Shown here one piece after another: positions 8,839-21,700 of a stretch of DNA of 64,000 nucleotides (the stretch's first letter is position 1; every line of letters starts with the position of its first letter). The position numbers and the translations under genes are program-made. Source of the stretch: an uncultured Methanomassiliicoccales archaeon (GTDB taxonomy: Archaea; Thermoplasmatota; Thermoplasmata; Methanomassiliicoccales; UBA472); assembly GCA_963695345.1 (NCBI GenBank), contig OY968769.1, positions 1,312,001-1,376,000 of the forward strand, read 5' to 3'. Under the pieces are notes generated by a model that was not told where the DNA came from, did no database searches, and saw only the letters and a program-made list of their open reading frames with translations.

Positions 8839-11612
8839 TGCGAGGGGTATCAAAGAGGATAGGTTCGATCAAGTTCAGCTGCCTCTCTCCTGATGAGATC
8901 AGGAAGATGTCGGCCACAAAGATCATCACCGCCGATACGTACGATGACGACGGGTTCCCGATCGACATGGGTCTGATGGACCCGCACTTGGGCGTCATCG
9001 AACCCGGTCTCCGGTGCAAGACCTGCGGCCACAAGGTCGACGAATGTCCCGGTCACTTCGGCAATATCGATCTGGCCATGCCGGTGGTGCACGTCGGTTT
9101 CATGAAGGAGATCAAGAAACTGCTGCAGTCCACCTGCCGTTCCTGCGGCCGCCTGCTGCTCACCGAGGAGCAGGCCAAGGAGTACCGTGAGACCATGGAG
9201 CAGGTCGAGGAGCTGGGAGGCGACTCGATGGATGTCCGCCTGGTTTCGAAGGACACGGCTAAGGATGCCGCTTCCAGACAGGTCTGCCCGCACTGCGCCG
9301 CAGAGCAGCTGAAGATCACCCTGGACAAGCCGACCACCTTCCGCGAGGACGGCCACAAGCTGACCCCGAAGGAGGTCCGGGAGCGTCTGGAAAGGATCCC
9401 GGACGCCGACCTGGTCCCGCTGGGCATAGACCCCGCGTCCTGCCGTCCGGAATGGATGGTGCTCACCGCCCTGCCGGTCCCGCCGGTCACGGTCCGTCCG
9501 TCCATCACCTTGGAGTCCGGAGACCGGTCCGAGGATGACCTGACGCACAAACTGGTCGATGTCCTGAGGATCAACCAGCGTCTGCGTGAGAACCGTGACG
9601 CCGGCGCGCCCCAGCTGATAGTCGAGGACCTGTGGGAGCTGCTGCAGTACCACATCACCACCTATTTTGACAACCAGACGTCCGGTATCCCGCCCGCAAG
9701 GCACCGGTCCGGCCGTCCGCTGAAGACCCTGGTCCAGAGGCTGAAAGGCAAGGAAGGAAGGTTCCGTTCCAACCTGTCAGGTAAGCGTGTCAACTTCTCC
9801 GCCCGTACCGTCATCTCGCCAGACCCGGCGTTGTCGATCAACGAGGTCGGAGTGCCAACGGAGGCGGCCAGAGAGCTGACGCTGCCGGTCCACGCGACCG
9901 CTGCCAACCTCCAGGTGTTGAAGGACATGGTCAAGCGCGGACCGACGCCCCATTCCGACCACTACCTGCCCGGTGTCAACTACGTCATCCGGCCGGATGG
10001 CAGAAGGATAAGGGTCACCGACAAGAACGCGGAGACGGTGTCAGAGACGGTCGAGATCAACTTCGTCATCGAGAGGCATCTGATGGACGGCGATATCGTG
10101 CTCTTCAACCGGCAACCATCGCTGCACAGGATGTCCATGATGGCGCACACCGTCCGGGTCATGCCGGGCAAGACCTTCAGGCTGAACCTGTGCGTCTGCC
10201 CTCCCTACAACGCTGATTTCGATGGTGACGAGATGAACATGCACGTGCTGCAGTCCGAGGAGGCTCGGGCCGAGGCGACGATCCTGATGAAGGTGCAGGA
10301 GCACATCCTGTCGCCCAGGTTCGGCGGGCCGGTCATCGGCGCCATCCACGACCACATCACCGGGACCTACATGCTCACCCACAATAACCCGGTGTTCAAC
10401 AAGAGCCAGACACTGATCATCACCTCCAGGCTGAAGGGGAACGACCTTCCCCCGCCGCTGATCAAGGACGGAAAGGAGTTCTGGACCGGGAAGATGATCT
10501 TCTCCTCCATCCTGCCCAAGGACATGCGCGTGGTGTTCAAGTCCTCCATCTGCGAGAAGTGCACGCAGTGCAAGAAGGACAAGTGCGAGAACGACGCCTA
10601 CGTGAGGATCAAGGACGGAAAGCTTCTGACCGGCACGATCGATGAGAAGGCCATCGGATCGATGAAGGGAAAGATCCTGGACAAGATCGCGCGTGACTAC
10701 GGATCGAACTACTCGCGGGAGTTCCTGGACAGCGTTACCAAGATCGCCATCGGCGCCATCATGGTCAAGGGGTTCTCCACCGGCATCGACGACGAGGACA
10801 TCCCGAAGGAATCCCAACTCCAGATCCAGGACATGCTCCAGAACGCATCGGATAAGGTCGACCAGCTGGTCACCGCCTACCGCAAGGGCGAGCTGGAACA
10901 GATGCCCGGACGATCCATGGAGGAGACCCTGGAGGTCGAGGCCATGAAGGAGCTGGGACGAGCGAGAGATGAAGCCGGTCGGATCGCAGGAGACCAGCTA
11001 GGTCTGGAGAACGCCGCGGTTCAGATGGCCAAGTCCGGAGCCAGGGGTTCCATGCTTAACCTTTCCCAGATGGCCGGGTGCATCGGGCAGCAGGCAGTCA
11101 GAGGAGAGAGGCTGTCCAGAGGATACTGGAACAGGACCTTGCCTCACTTCCGCCAGGGTGACCTGGGTGCGAAGGCCAAGGGATTCGTGACCAACTCCTA
11201 CAAGTCCGGGCTGACCCCGACCGAGTTCTTCTTCCACTCCATGGGAGGTCGGGAAGGACTGGTCGATACCGCCGTCCGTACCAGCCGATCTGGTTACATG
11301 CAGAGGCGGCTTATCAACGCCCTGGAGGACCTGAAGCTCAAGCAGGACCACACCGTCCGGAACACGGCCGACAGCATCATCCAGTTCGAGTATGGGGAGG
11401 ACGGGATCGACCCGTGCCGCGGCGTCGGCGGGGAAGCGATCGACATCGACGACGTACTCCTGGAAGTGCTCGGTGACGAAGCTGAACTATTGCAGCGCAT
11501 CGAGGACAAGAAGGTCGGCACCTACGGTACCGTCGAGAAGGACCTGATGGAGCTCTCCGAAGAGGAAGAGGAATCAGAGGAAGTCGAGTTCGAGGGCGGA
11601 GGTGAAGAGTAA
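8835..11612 (+). CDS. rpoA1: RNA polymerase subunit A' (Rpo1N)
   Basis: Catalytic [10 protein letters not shown], plus [17 protein letters not shown] and [11 protein letters not shown]. Confidence 0.98.
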   Translation: MMRGVSKRIGSIKFSCLSPDEIRKMSATKIITADTYDDDGFPIDMGLMDPHLGVIEPGLRCKTCGHKVDECPGHFGNIDLAMPVVHVGFMKEIKKLLQSTCRSCGRLLLTEEQAKEYRETMEQVEELGGDSMDVRLVSKDTAKDAASRQVCPHCAAEQLKITLDKPTTFREDGHKLTPKEVRERLERIPDADLVPLGIDPASCRPEWMVLTALPVPPVTVRPSITLESGDRSEDDLTHKLVDVLRINQRLRENRDAGAPQLIVEDLWELLQYHITTYFDNQTSGIPPARHRSGRPLKTLVQRLKGKEGRFRSNLSGKRVNFSARTVISPDPALSINEVGVPTEAARELTLPVHATAANLQVLKDMVKRGPTPHSDHYLPGVNYVIRPDGRRIRVTDKNAETVSETVEINFVIERHLMDGDIVLFNRQPSLHRMSMMAHTVRVMPGKTFRLNLCVCPPYNADFDGDEMNMHVLQSEEARAEATILMKVQEHILSPRFGGPVIGAIHDHITGTYMLTHNNPVFNKSQTLIITSRLKGNDLPPPLIKDGKEFWTGKMIFSSILPKDMRVVFKSSICEKCTQCKKDKCENDAYVRIKDGKLLTGTIDEKAIGSMKGKILDKIARDYGSNYSREFLDSVTKIAIGAIMVKGFSTGIDDEDIPKESQLQIQDMLQNASDKVDQLVTAYRKGELEQMPGRSMEETLEVEAMKELGRARDEAGRIAGDQLGLENAAVQMAKSGARGSMLNLSQMAGCIGQQAVRGERLSRGYWNRTLPHFRQGDLGAKAKGFVTNSYKSGLTPTEFFFHSMGGREGLVDTAVRTSRSGYMQRRLINALEDLKLKQDHTVRNTADSIIQFEYGEDGIDPCRGVGGEAIDIDDVLLEVLGDEAELLQRIEDKKVGTYGTVEKDLMELSEEEEESEEVEFEGGGEE

Positions 11613-13066
11613 TGGCACGCAAGGACACGATCAACGCGCTCCGCCGCCGCAAGATAGCAGACGACGTCGCCGATAAGATAACCACCAAGTTCGCCTCCAT
11701 CGGAGAAGTGGAGAGCGCCACCAAGGAGGACCTGCTCGCAGCCGGTCTGGCCAAGGATGAGGTTGTCGACGTACTGGAGAAGTTGAACGCTCAGAAGTCG
11801 AAGCGCACCCCGGTGCGCAAGACCATCCGAAAGGCGGCCGAGCCGGAGTCCACCGCCAAGAAGTTCGACATCAGCATCCCGGACAAGCAGCGGAAGCCGA
11901 GCACCTTCGAGAAGCACCTGGACGACACCTGCAAGAAGCTCAACCTCAAGCTGTCGAAGAAGGTCATCCATGACCTGGCCGACAGGATCGACGGCATCGG
12001 CGTCCCTCAGGCCAAGATCGAGAAGATCCTCAAGCGGGCGGCCGAGAGATACTCGGACCATATGATGGACCCGAACGAGTCGGCCGGAATATTGGCGGCC
12101 CAGTCCATCGGTGAACCGGGAACACAGATGACCATGCGTACGTTCCACTACGCAGGAGTCGCGGAAATCAACGTTACCTTGGGTCTCCCGAGGCTGATCG
12201 AGATCGTGGATGCCAGGCGCATTCCCTCGACCCCCATGATGGCCATCTACATCGAGCCGAAGTTCCGGAACGATGTCGATGAGGTCAGGCGGATCGCTTC
12301 CGAGATAGAAACGACCAAGGTGCTGGACATCGCGACCATCGAACCCGACAGCAACAATATGAGGGTGGTCGTCCGTCCGGACGCCCGGAAGATGGAAAAG
12401 AAAGGGCTCACCCTGGAGCTGATCCACGAAAGGCTGAGCAAGATACGCGGTCTGAAGGGCAAGATAGAGATCGCCGATGACACCATCGTCCTCTCGTCGG
12501 AGGAGCCGTCCTTCAAGAAACTGCAGAACATCATCGATGTGGTGAAGGATTCCAAGATCCAGGGGATCGAGGGGATCCATCGCGCGATCATCCGGAAGGA
12601 GAAGGCGAATGACGAGTACGTGATCTACACCGAGGGCTCCAACCTGCAGAAGGTCCTGGAGAAGGACCGTGTGGACAAGAAGAGGACCTCGACGAACTCC
12701 ATCCAGGAGATCTACGAGGTGCTCGGCGTCGAAGCGGCGCGCAACTCGATCATCGACGAGGCGTCCAAGACCTTGGATGAGCAGGGTCTGACCGTCGACA
12801 TAAGGCACATCATGCTGGTCTCGGACCTGATGACGAACGACGGGGATGTGAAGGCAATCGGCCGTCACGGTATCTCCGGCCGCAAGTCTAGCGTCCTGGC
12901 CAGGGCAGCGTTCGAAATCACCGCGGCGCACCTGTTGCACGCGGCGTTGACCGGAGAGGTGGATCACCTAGACGGCGTTGCAGAAAACATTATAGTAGGG
13001 CAGCCGGTTACTCTCGGCACCGGAGCCGTCAACCTGGTATATGCACCTAATCGTAGGGGGCAGTAA
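11612..13066 (+). CDS. rpoA2: RNA polymerase subunit A'' (Rpo1C) with N-terminal extension
   Basis: [47 protein letters not shown]. Confidence 0.97.
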   Translation: MARKDTINALRRRKIADDVADKITTKFASIGEVESATKEDLLAAGLAKDEVVDVLEKLNAQKSKRTPVRKTIRKAAEPESTAKKFDISIPDKQRKPSTFEKHLDDTCKKLNLKLSKKVIHDLADRIDGIGVPQAKIEKILKRAAERYSDHMMDPNESAGILAAQSIGEPGTQMTMRTFHYAGVAEINVTLGLPRLIEIVDARRIPSTPMMAIYIEPKFRNDVDEVRRIASEIETTKVLDIATIEPDSNNMRVVVRPDARKMEKKGLTLELIHERLSKIRGLKGKIEIADDTIVLSSEEPSFKKLQNIIDVVKDSKIQGIEGIHRAIIRKEKANDEYVIYTEGSNLQKVLEKDRVDKKRTSTNSIQEIYEVLGVEAARNSIIDEASKTLDEQGLTVDIRHIMLVSDLMTNDGDVKAIGRHGISGRKSSVLARAAFEITAAHLLHAALTGEVDHLDGVAENIIVGQPVTLGTGAVNLVYAPNRRGQ

Positions 13067-13068
13067 AA

Positions 13069-13350
13069 ATGATTGATTTGGGAAGAGCCTTAAAGACCGC
13101 AATAACCACTGGCAAGGTGGTATTCGGTGTACAGCAAGCAGAGAAAGCAGTAAAGAGCGGAGAGGCTAAGCTACTGGTCGTTTCAAATAACTGCCCTAGC
13201 GAGTTCCTCATGTCGAAGACCCACGGCATCCCGGTCCACGTGTACGAAGGTACCAACATGGACCTCGGAGCCCTGGCAGGAAAACCATTCTCGGTTTCGG
13301 CAATCGCGATAATCGATAAGGGCGCGTCTAATATTCTTTCGTTGGGATGA
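13069..13350 (+). CDS. rpl30e: 50S ribosomal protein L30e
   Basis: TGKVVFG...KL.VVS.NCP...Y.GT..DLG.LAGKPF, in its operon position after rpoA2. Confidence 0.95.
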   Translation: MIDLGRALKTAITTGKVVFGVQQAEKAVKSGEAKLLVVSNNCPSEFLMSKTHGIPVHVYEGTNMDLGALAGKPFSVSAIAIIDKGASNILSLG

Positions 13351-13351
13351 T

Positions 13352-13777
13352 ATGGCAGAGATCACTTTCACCGAGGAGACGCTCAGGTACATCGCCCTGT
13401 TCGAGTCGGTAACCAGGACCCATGTGAAGGATTGTCTGGAGACAGAGGACAAGCTGGTCTTCGTCGTCGATCCCGGCCAGGCAAACCGGGCCGTGGGCAA
13501 GGCCGGCGAGAACGTGATCCGGCTCAAGAACACCACCGGAAAGAACATCCAGGTGGTCGAGTACTCGGACGACCCGGAGACGTTCATCAAGAACGTGTTC
13601 TACAACTACAATGTCCAGGGTGTGGTCATCGAGAACCGCGGCAACATCGTGCACGCGACGGTTACGGTCGACCCGAAGGTCAAGGGACGCGCAATCGGCA
13701 AGAACGGGCGCAACCTGAAGATCGCCAGGGACATCGTGAACCGGCACCACAACGTGCAAAGCATCAGCGTTGCCTGA
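13352..13777 (+). CDS. nusA: Archaeal NusA (KH-domain transcription factor)
   Basis: Two KH GxxG motifs (AVGKAGEN, AIGKNGRN), in its operon position. Confidence 0.95.
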   Translation: MAEITFTEETLRYIALFESVTRTHVKDCLETEDKLVFVVDPGQANRAVGKAGENVIRLKNTTGKNIQVVEYSDDPETFIKNVFYNYNVQGVVIENRGNIVHATVTVDPKVKGRAIGKNGRNLKIARDIVNRHHNVQSISVA

Positions 13778-13789
13778 TCTGTTCGAAAC

Positions 13790-13817
13790 CCCTTTTTCCG
13801 ATTTTTCATTTTATTAT
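13790..13817 (+). terminator. Oligo-T terminator of the rpo-nusA operon
   Basis: CCTTTTTCCGATTTTTCATTTT immediately after the nusA stop, between convergent genes. Confidence 0.6.
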
Positions 13818-13820
13818 CGG

Positions 13821-14885
13821 TCAGCGCAGCGGCCGCCGTTCGACCTCGAGCCGGTCCGCCGTCGGGTATACTTCGATGATGTAGCATTCCATGTCAAGCT
13901 CTGGATACAGCTCCTCGAGTATCCATGGCGCCACCTCGAGCCGGTTCTTCTCCGCATCGGCCTTCATCATTGTGAGCGGGACGTCGTACTCGGACCGCAG
14001 TCGCTCCGCCAGCGCCTCCGGGTCCGGGGTCTGGACGATACCTTTGATCAGCAATCCCTCATCGGTGACCAGGTCATGTTCTTCCGCCACGCGGCGGGCC
14101 CGCCGCTTGATCCGGTTCCGCAGCTGGACCACATCTTTGAAGCTGGATGAACAGAAATGGACCGTCACCCGGCGCTCCTTCCTCATCAGTTTCTTGGCCA
14201 TGGCGGAACTGCCCTTCACCGCGCTGGAGACGTCATCGATGATGTCGTGGCCCCTCTCCTTCATGGCCTCGGCGTTGGTCGCAGAGAACTCCAGCTCGTT
14301 CAGGTTGACGAAGTCCAGGCCGTTCCGGTCGGCGAAATCGATGAGGCACTCCAGCCCTCTCTCCTCTCCCGGGATGGCCGGTACCTCGAATCCCACAGGG
14401 ATGCCGAGATCCTCGATCGCTTCCGCGATCCGCAACGAATCAAGACATTCCCAGGTCTCCACCTGGGGGTGTATCCTGAGCTCATCCAGTCCTGACCTGA
14501 CCAAGGCCCTGAACTTATCTCCATCGACGGTGGAGGTGTAAAGGTGGATGTGATGGCCGGGACCAAATTCCGTCTTCAGCATTTCGATGTAGTGCAGCGT
14601 CCGGTCCATTACGTCCAGCGGATCGCCGCCGGTGATGCCCGTACCCTCCGCGGCAATGCTCCGGGCCTCATCAAGAATGTCCGAGTCAGCAAAGACCTGT
14701 CTCTCATTGGCGAAGACCAGGTCCTTCCCCTTCTTCTTCTCAGAAAGGGGGCAGTAGTAGCAGTGCATCCGGCACCTTCCGGTCACCAGCAGGACCATCT
14801 TAGCGCCCTTCCGGCACTGTAGGCAACCGGTTGGAAGCGCGCCGGCATAGCATGATCCCGCCTGCATTCGCCTGATCTGAACCAT
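13821..14885 (-). CDS. Uncharacterised radical SAM protein (COG2108-like)
   Basis: GCLQC..GAKMVLLVTGRCRMHCYYCPLS (CxxxCxxC), GITGGDP, GLDELRIHP, and a C-terminal YPT.D..EVER. Start uncertain. Confidence 0.8.
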   Translation of the reverse strand: MVQIRRMQAGSCYAGALPTGCLQCRKGAKMVLLVTGRCRMHCYYCPLSEKKKGKDLVFANERQVFADSDILDEARSIAAEGTGITGGDPLDVMDRTLHYIEMLKTEFGPGHHIHLYTSTVDGDKFRALVRSGLDELRIHPQVETWECLDSLRIAEAIEDLGIPVGFEVPAIPGEERGLECLIDFADRNGLDFVNLNELEFSATNAEAMKERGHDIIDDVSSAVKGSSAMAKKLMRKERRVTVHFCSSSFKDVVQLRNRIKRRARRVAEEHDLVTDEGLLIKGIVQTPDPEALAERLRSEYDVPLTMMKADAEKNRLEVAPWILEELYPELDMECYIIEVYPTADRLEVERRPLR

Positions 14886-14977
14886 CGGGCTTCGGACGCC
14901 GACCGGACTAATAAAAACTTCCCTGACAGGCGCAAAAGATACTAAGGGAACAGCCATTCCCGTCCCAGGCGATAACG

Positions 14978-15628
14978 ATGCGTAAAAGGTCAAGGCTCAT
15001 TCTGGCATTGGACGAGACAGACGAGCGTAAGGCTATGGAAGTGGCTGACGCCGTAGGCGACCTGGTCGATGCCATTAAGATCAATTGGCCCCTGGTCCTC
15101 TCCACGTCTCCCGAGATCATCACCAGGCTGTCGCGTTCATCGGAGGTGGTCTGCGATTTCAAGGTGGCGGACATACCGAACACCAACAGGCTCATTGTTG
15201 CCGAGGCGGTCAGGCGCGGCGCCTCCGGCGTGATCGTTCACGCCTTCACCGGGAGCGATTCGGTCACGGCCGCAGTGGAGGCCGCCGATGGCAAGGACAT
15301 CTATGTGGTGACGGAGATGAGCCACCCCGGTGGAATGGAGTTCACCGCACCGGCGGCCGAGAGGCTGGCCAAAATAGCCGTTGAATGCGGCGCCTCCGGC
15401 GTCATCGCGCCCGCCACCAGGCCGGAAAGGGTCAAGGCCATAAGGCAGACGATCGGCCCGAACCTTTCCATCCTGTCGCCCGGCGTAGGTGCCCAGGGCG
15501 GGTCCGCAACGAAGGCCCTCGAGATGGGTGCGGACTACGTTATCGTGGGTCGGGCTATCTATGGCGACCCGGATCCCCGAGGGGCGGCGAGCCGATACAT
15601 CGAGGAAATCAAACACCTGAGAAATTAG
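14978..15628 (+). CDS. pyrF: Orotidine-5'-phosphate decarboxylase
   Basis: LILALD, DFKVADIPNT, TEMSHPG, PGVGAQGG, IVGRAIY. Confidence 0.97.
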   Translation: MRKRSRLILALDETDERKAMEVADAVGDLVDAIKINWPLVLSTSPEIITRLSRSSEVVCDFKVADIPNTNRLIVAEAVRRGASGVIVHAFTGSDSVTAAVEAADGKDIYVVTEMSHPGGMEFTAPAAERLAKIAVECGASGVIAPATRPERVKAIRQTIGPNLSILSPGVGAQGGSATKALEMGADYVIVGRAIYGDPDPRGAASRYIEEIKHLRN

Positions 15629-15746
15629 CGCCGCGAGAGGGTCAGTATTGTCCTATCCAGACAATCGGGACAAATGCCTAATAATTGGACTAAGGTTTTA
15701 ATAGCTCGTTCTGCATCAACTGCTAGTTTTCCTCAGGAGAATATAG

Positions 15747-18700
15747 ATGGCATCATCAGAGGAAGGGTCGAAAAGCCCTGCCGAGAAGAAGCGTTCCGCA
15801 GGAAATTCCAGACTGAATTCGAAATTCTCGAATACCTGGCTGGGAAGACACTGGCAGACGGCGCTCATCATCGTGCTAATTGTATTCCTGGCCTTTTTCG
15901 TCAGGACTTACTTTGGATACTCGACCTCGGTTGACAATGGTTTCCTTGTCTCCGGCGGTTCTGACTCGTACTATCACGAGCGCGTTATCGACAACGTGGC
16001 GAATACCGGTGAGCACATCGTGCGGGATAACATGCTCAACTACCCGTACGGGGTCAGGAACGAAAGGCCTCCACTGTATGATTGGTCGGTCGCGGTGGCC
16101 GGTATGTTCCTGCAAACGGTGACAGGTATTTCCTTGACCGATGGACTCGGCTTTGCACTGGTGTTCTCAACGGCCGTCTGGGGAGCCTTGACGACAATTC
16201 CGGTCTATCTCCTCACCCGGGCAGCCTTCGGGAAGAAGCCAGCGATACTGGCGGCACTCCTGTTCGCGCTGATGGCGGGCAACATTGAACGTTCGATATT
16301 CTCAAACGCTGATCACGATTCCATGGTATTGTTCTTCGTGGTCTTTGCCTTCTATTTCCTGCTTCGTGCGCTCCAGACCATGAAGGGCGATAGATGGGTC
16401 AGCAAATGGAGCAAGTTCTCCGAGGTCAAGAGCGGATTGAAGTCGTTCGGATCCCAAAATGTAGGTTCCATGCTCTATGCCGCGCTGGCAGGAGTGTGCG
16501 TAGCGCTCGTGGCGATGATATGGACCGGCTACACCTATGTCCTCATCATCGTACTGGTGTACCTCATCGTTCAACTGATGATCGACCGGTTCCGGAACGC
16601 CGATTCCCTTGGCATCGTGATGTCCATCGGGATAATGTTCACCGTGGCCTTCCTGGTCATGGCGCCGCTGTACATCCAAATGAACTATGTCCAGACCTGG
16701 CTAGACACTCCAGTGGAGCTGTTCCTGGTCGCGGTCATAGCAGGAATGATATTCGTGGTCACCCGGGACTATCCCTGGACCATTACGCTTCCGGTCATCG
16801 CGCTGATATCGATCATCGCGCTGGTCGCGTTCTATCTCATATCTCCCAACTTCTTCAACGCCATAGTATCCGGTCAGGGATACCTGGTGAAGAGCAAACT
16901 GTATTCGACCATATCCGAAGCGACGGCGCCGGCGTTCTCTACGCTGGCATTGTCATTCGGTGCGGTGACGTTCTGGCTGGCCCTGTTCGGTGTCGGATAT
17001 GCGGCCGTCAAGATCCCGAAGAACCTGACCCCTTTCCTGGTCTTCCTGGTCGTATGGACGGCCGTGTCGATCTACATGGCCTCCTCTGCGGGGAGGTTCG
17101 TTTTCAACGCCACACCCGCCTTCGCGGTAATGGCTGGCTGGATCCTGATGCTGATCATCGAACGGGCTCAGTTCAGTGAGTTCTATAAAGCGATGGCAGG
17201 GTCGCAGGGAAGCTTCCTGCGCAGCCTGCGGAAATCGATCAAGTTCCGCCACTTGTTCGTGTTCCTGGTGGTGCTCGGGCTGGTAGTCCTGCCGAACGCC
17301 TGGACGGCACTCGATGCGGGCATACCGAACCAGTCAAAGAAGGCGTATGACAAGCAGATCTACAACACCGTGCCGGACTTCCTCAAGCCGTCGACATACG
17401 ACGTCAAGAATGGAACATACTGGTATCTAGGGGCGTTCTCCTATGATCTGCCCTTGCCGACGACGTACTATCCATCGGCATGGTCCTGGTTCAATGAAAG
17501 GGACAGCAATATCGCCAATCCGCTGGAAAGGCCTGCTTACCTATCATGGTGGGATTATGGATTCGAGGCCATCCAGGTTGGGGGACATCCAACGGTGGCA
17601 GATAACTTCCAGAACGGATATCAGATGGCGGGATCGTTCCTGATGGTCTCGAACGAGACCGGAGCGATCGCGCTTATGGTGGCCAGGATAATCGAGAAGG
17701 TTCGCCTGGACAACAGCACCGACGTGTCCGTCGCGACCGTCGCACTGCTTCAGAAATATGGTGTCAACTACAACGAGATGTACCATATCCTGGCCCGGCC
17801 GTCTGACTATATCAACGTGGTCAAGAACAACCCTGCCATCTATGGCCCCTACGATACCGAGCTCTCCGCTACCAACGCATGGTACGCGGCTGCCCGGGTC
17901 GAGCTGTCCAAGATCGGCGAGAGCAAGCTGGTATCGCTATACCACGACCTCCGGGGCGTGTCCGGATACAACATCGGATACTTTGCCGTGGACAGTCGGC
18001 TGTTCCCGTTCTCGGCTACCAGTCAGAACATCTTCTATGCCCCGGCAAAACTGGCGGACCAGAAGATAGACCCGCTGTCGAACGCGCCATCGGACTACTA
18101 CACCATAACCGCCGTTGACCAGTATGGTACAGAGTATGCTCTGGCCGACGTGACATCGTCGATGACGATAGTCAGCTACGCGATCCACTACACGGCGTTG
18201 TTCTACCAGACGATGCTGTACCGGGCTTTCATGGGCTACGGGCCCTATGACGTCGGTCTAACAAGCGATGGTATACCGGGAATCAGCGGAAGTCTCATCT
18301 ATTACCCGCCAATGCAGGGCTGGAACCTGAGCCACTTCAGGATGGTCTACCGTACGGCTTACTACAATCCGTACGCCGACTACAGCAACCATACCGACGC
18401 CTGGGTGGCCATCAATTACACCCAGGGCCAGGAATACCAGGTATTGATAAACGCCGGCAAGATGAACGGTACGGTGGACCTGTCCGCCGGTGGGCTGTAC
18501 AGCGCGGTCGTATTCCTCCAGTACTATGACGGAGTGACCATATCCGGTACCGCCCTCTCGCAGAACGGGGAGCCCATGGCGAACGTTTACGTGACCGCCC
18601 TGGACGACAACCGGGATTCGACATACTTCCCCTACGGGATACCCCATCAAACGGTCAAGACCGACGCCAACGGGAATTACAGTGTAATCGCCCCGTTCGG

Positions 18701-21700
18701 CAACACCACCATAGCCTACAGCTATGGCACGCTGGACAGCGTAACCCAACTGGCCACGGTCATAACCACCAAATCGTACCAGATCAGCTACGCGGAGGCC
18801 ATGGGGGCGACAGGGGCCGGGGACAGCCAAACGGTGATCAATGGCAATATCACCCTGAACGCTGCAAGCCTCTCGGGCAAAGTGTACTGGGACAGGGACG
18901 GAGACTCGGTGTTCGATATCGGGACCGATATCCTGATCACCGGTGCCACCGTGGTGCTGGAGAACAAGACCACTGGCTACTATAAGAGTCAGGTAAGCAC
19001 GGCGACCGGCTATTCGTTCCTCGGCCTGCCTCCGGCGACGGTCAACATGTATGCCATATATCAGGGCCATATCATCGGCAACGTATCTGTTGACCTGAAC
19101 CCGAAGAACGGTAACATCTCAAAGGACCTGGCCATCAAACCGGCCCAGATCAAAGGGGTCATCATGCTGACCTCTGGCGATGTCGCTCAGAACGTCCAAC
19201 TTCAATTGAAGGACCTGACTTCGTCCCGGTTGATCAACACCACCACAAGCGCCGCCGGGCAGTTCACCTATGACCTGCTCTTCTCCGGCAACTACACGTT
19301 GAGCTCGGCCAGCCCCTTGATGAGCCTAGGAGAGCAGACCTACAGCCTGACCGCCGGCGAGACGCTCAACAAGGCGTTGACGATAACCTCGGCGATGACG
19401 GTGAGCGGACACCTGTCCAACAACGGGAACGCCGTACCGTACGCGCAGATCGAGATCATGAACGGCAAGAGACAGATGTGGACACAGGCCAACGCCAACG
19501 GGGACTATTCGATCACCGTGCCGCAGGACAATTACACTGTGTACGCGTTCGCGACCGTTCAAGGGGTCCAATTGGTCGCACTTTCCAACGTGACCGGTTC
19601 CTCCGGCTCGGTGACCAAGGACCTGGCGATGACGGAAGCGACCGCGACCGGTCTGCAGGTGACCTCGACCGACCTGAGCGGTGTTCAGTTCGTCATCAGG
19701 TCAAAGTCGATCCCGGCGGAGGTATATGCCATAACCAACGCGACCGGCGGTGCGACGGTATTGCTACCGTCGGGAACCTATTCGGTCTACGCATACAAGA
19801 GCACCACTTCGGTCTATTGGGCCGACCTGACCCTTCCAGCAACCGGTGTTCAGAACATCGCTCTGGAAAATGCCGTGACGCTCTCCGGTAAGGTATGGTT
19901 CGATGCCAATTTCGACGGGGCCATGGGCTCGGCGGAAGGGGTCGGCAACGCCACCATCACGGTCTCGAACCAGGCTGGTGACCAGGTAACGTTCTATACC
20001 AGCAGCACCGGGGCCTACAGCGTGCCTCTGGTGAGCAACGGGACATACACCCTGACCGAGTCGTTGATCAACTATGAGACATACCGGATCACGTACACCG
20101 ACTTCAACACCTCCACGGTCAACAACATCAAGCTCGTCCCCACGAACCGCACCGTCTCAATGACAGTGACGTCCAATGGCGGAGCTCCGGCAAAGCCAGT
20201 GACCGTAACGCTGACCGCTGTCGGAAAAGGCGCGGTCACGATCAAGGGAGTGACCTCGGCCGCCGGTGAGCTGACGTTGAGCGTCCGTCCCGGACAGTAC
20301 AATATCACGGTCAATGAGAACGTGACCTCAGACAGCAACGACCAGTTCCAGCTGCGGGCGGGCACGGTCCCGCTTACGGTGGGCATCGGCCAGAACGCCA
20401 CATCATTGAACCTGCCTATCGTGGAACGGTTCCTGGTGACGGGCGTCTCCGCCAGCGGGCCGACCACATTGACGTTCACCGGCAGTGACGTCAGGACCCA
20501 GGCCATCGGCGCCGGGGCTGGATACAGCGTGTATCTCATGTCCGGTGTTTATGGCGTCTATGCCGATGTCAACGCCACCGGCGGCCATCTGGCATTGTTC
20601 AATACCACTACCATCGCTGGACCGACCGCCTACGATGTGGTGGCCTCCCCGGCCATCCTTGTGCAGGTGCAGGTCCAGTATGCTGGAAGGCAATTGAACG
20701 CCAGCGCCCCGATATCCTTCAGTTCACCCAATGGGGCGACGTTCAACACCACCACCAACGCCACTGGTTATCTCGGCGTCTACATGCCCTCCGGTCAGCT
20801 GACCGTCAATGTGGACCTGCATACGCTCGGATCGATCAGCGGATCGGACCGTTACCTGCGGTACACCAATGTTACCACGGTCAACTTGGGGACGGTCACC
20901 TTCCCGTTGAACCTGGACACAGTCCGGAGCTTCGATAACAGTACCGTGACCGGTACCATGATCGCCACCGGCGGATCAGCCGCCGCGGGGACGATAAGCT
21001 TCGCGCCGGATTCGCCTACCGCGATGTGGTCCAATTACACCTCCGCCACCGGGGCCATCGCGGTACCGCTCGCACCTGGCACATACAATGTGTATGCCAA
21101 CGGCGGAGCCAACGGGGTGTTCCTGGGCAAGGTTGTCGTAGCCAGCTACCTGAACCAGACGGTCAACGTCCAATTGGTGCCCGGGGTTACGTTCTACGGA
21201 ACGACCTCGATAGGGACCACACCGGTACAGGCCAACCTGGCCCTCTCCTCGGTCGGCAACATGACGGCAAGCTCTGCGGCGGATGGAACGTTCTCCATAG
21301 TATTGCCGGCAGGCAATTACGCCGTGAACGCCTCGACCAGATTGGTCGAGAAAGGGGCCAACATACTATACTTCAAGACCTTCGCCCAGACTCTATCGGC
21401 GGACACGATGTCCAACATCGTTCTGGAACGTTTCAGCACTCGCAGCGTCAAGGTGTATTGGGACCCATCGCAGAAGGCCACCCTGAATGCCAACCAGACC
21501 GCGGTGTACAACATAACGGTGACCAACACCGGAGACCTGGCTGACACATACAACCTGGCCGCCTCGCTGTCCGGTTGGAACGTGACGCTGTCCCAGCAGA
21601 ACGTCAGCCTCGACTTCGGCGCAGCCGGGATAGCCACCATCCAGATGTCGATAACGCCGTCAAAGACGGTCAAGGTCACCCAGAACTCGATAACCTTCAC

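Noticed and set aside
15626-15934. ORF 15674..15934 is in frame with pyrF beyond its TAG.
   Set aside because: It overlaps the aglB promoter and start, and has no recognisable protein features.
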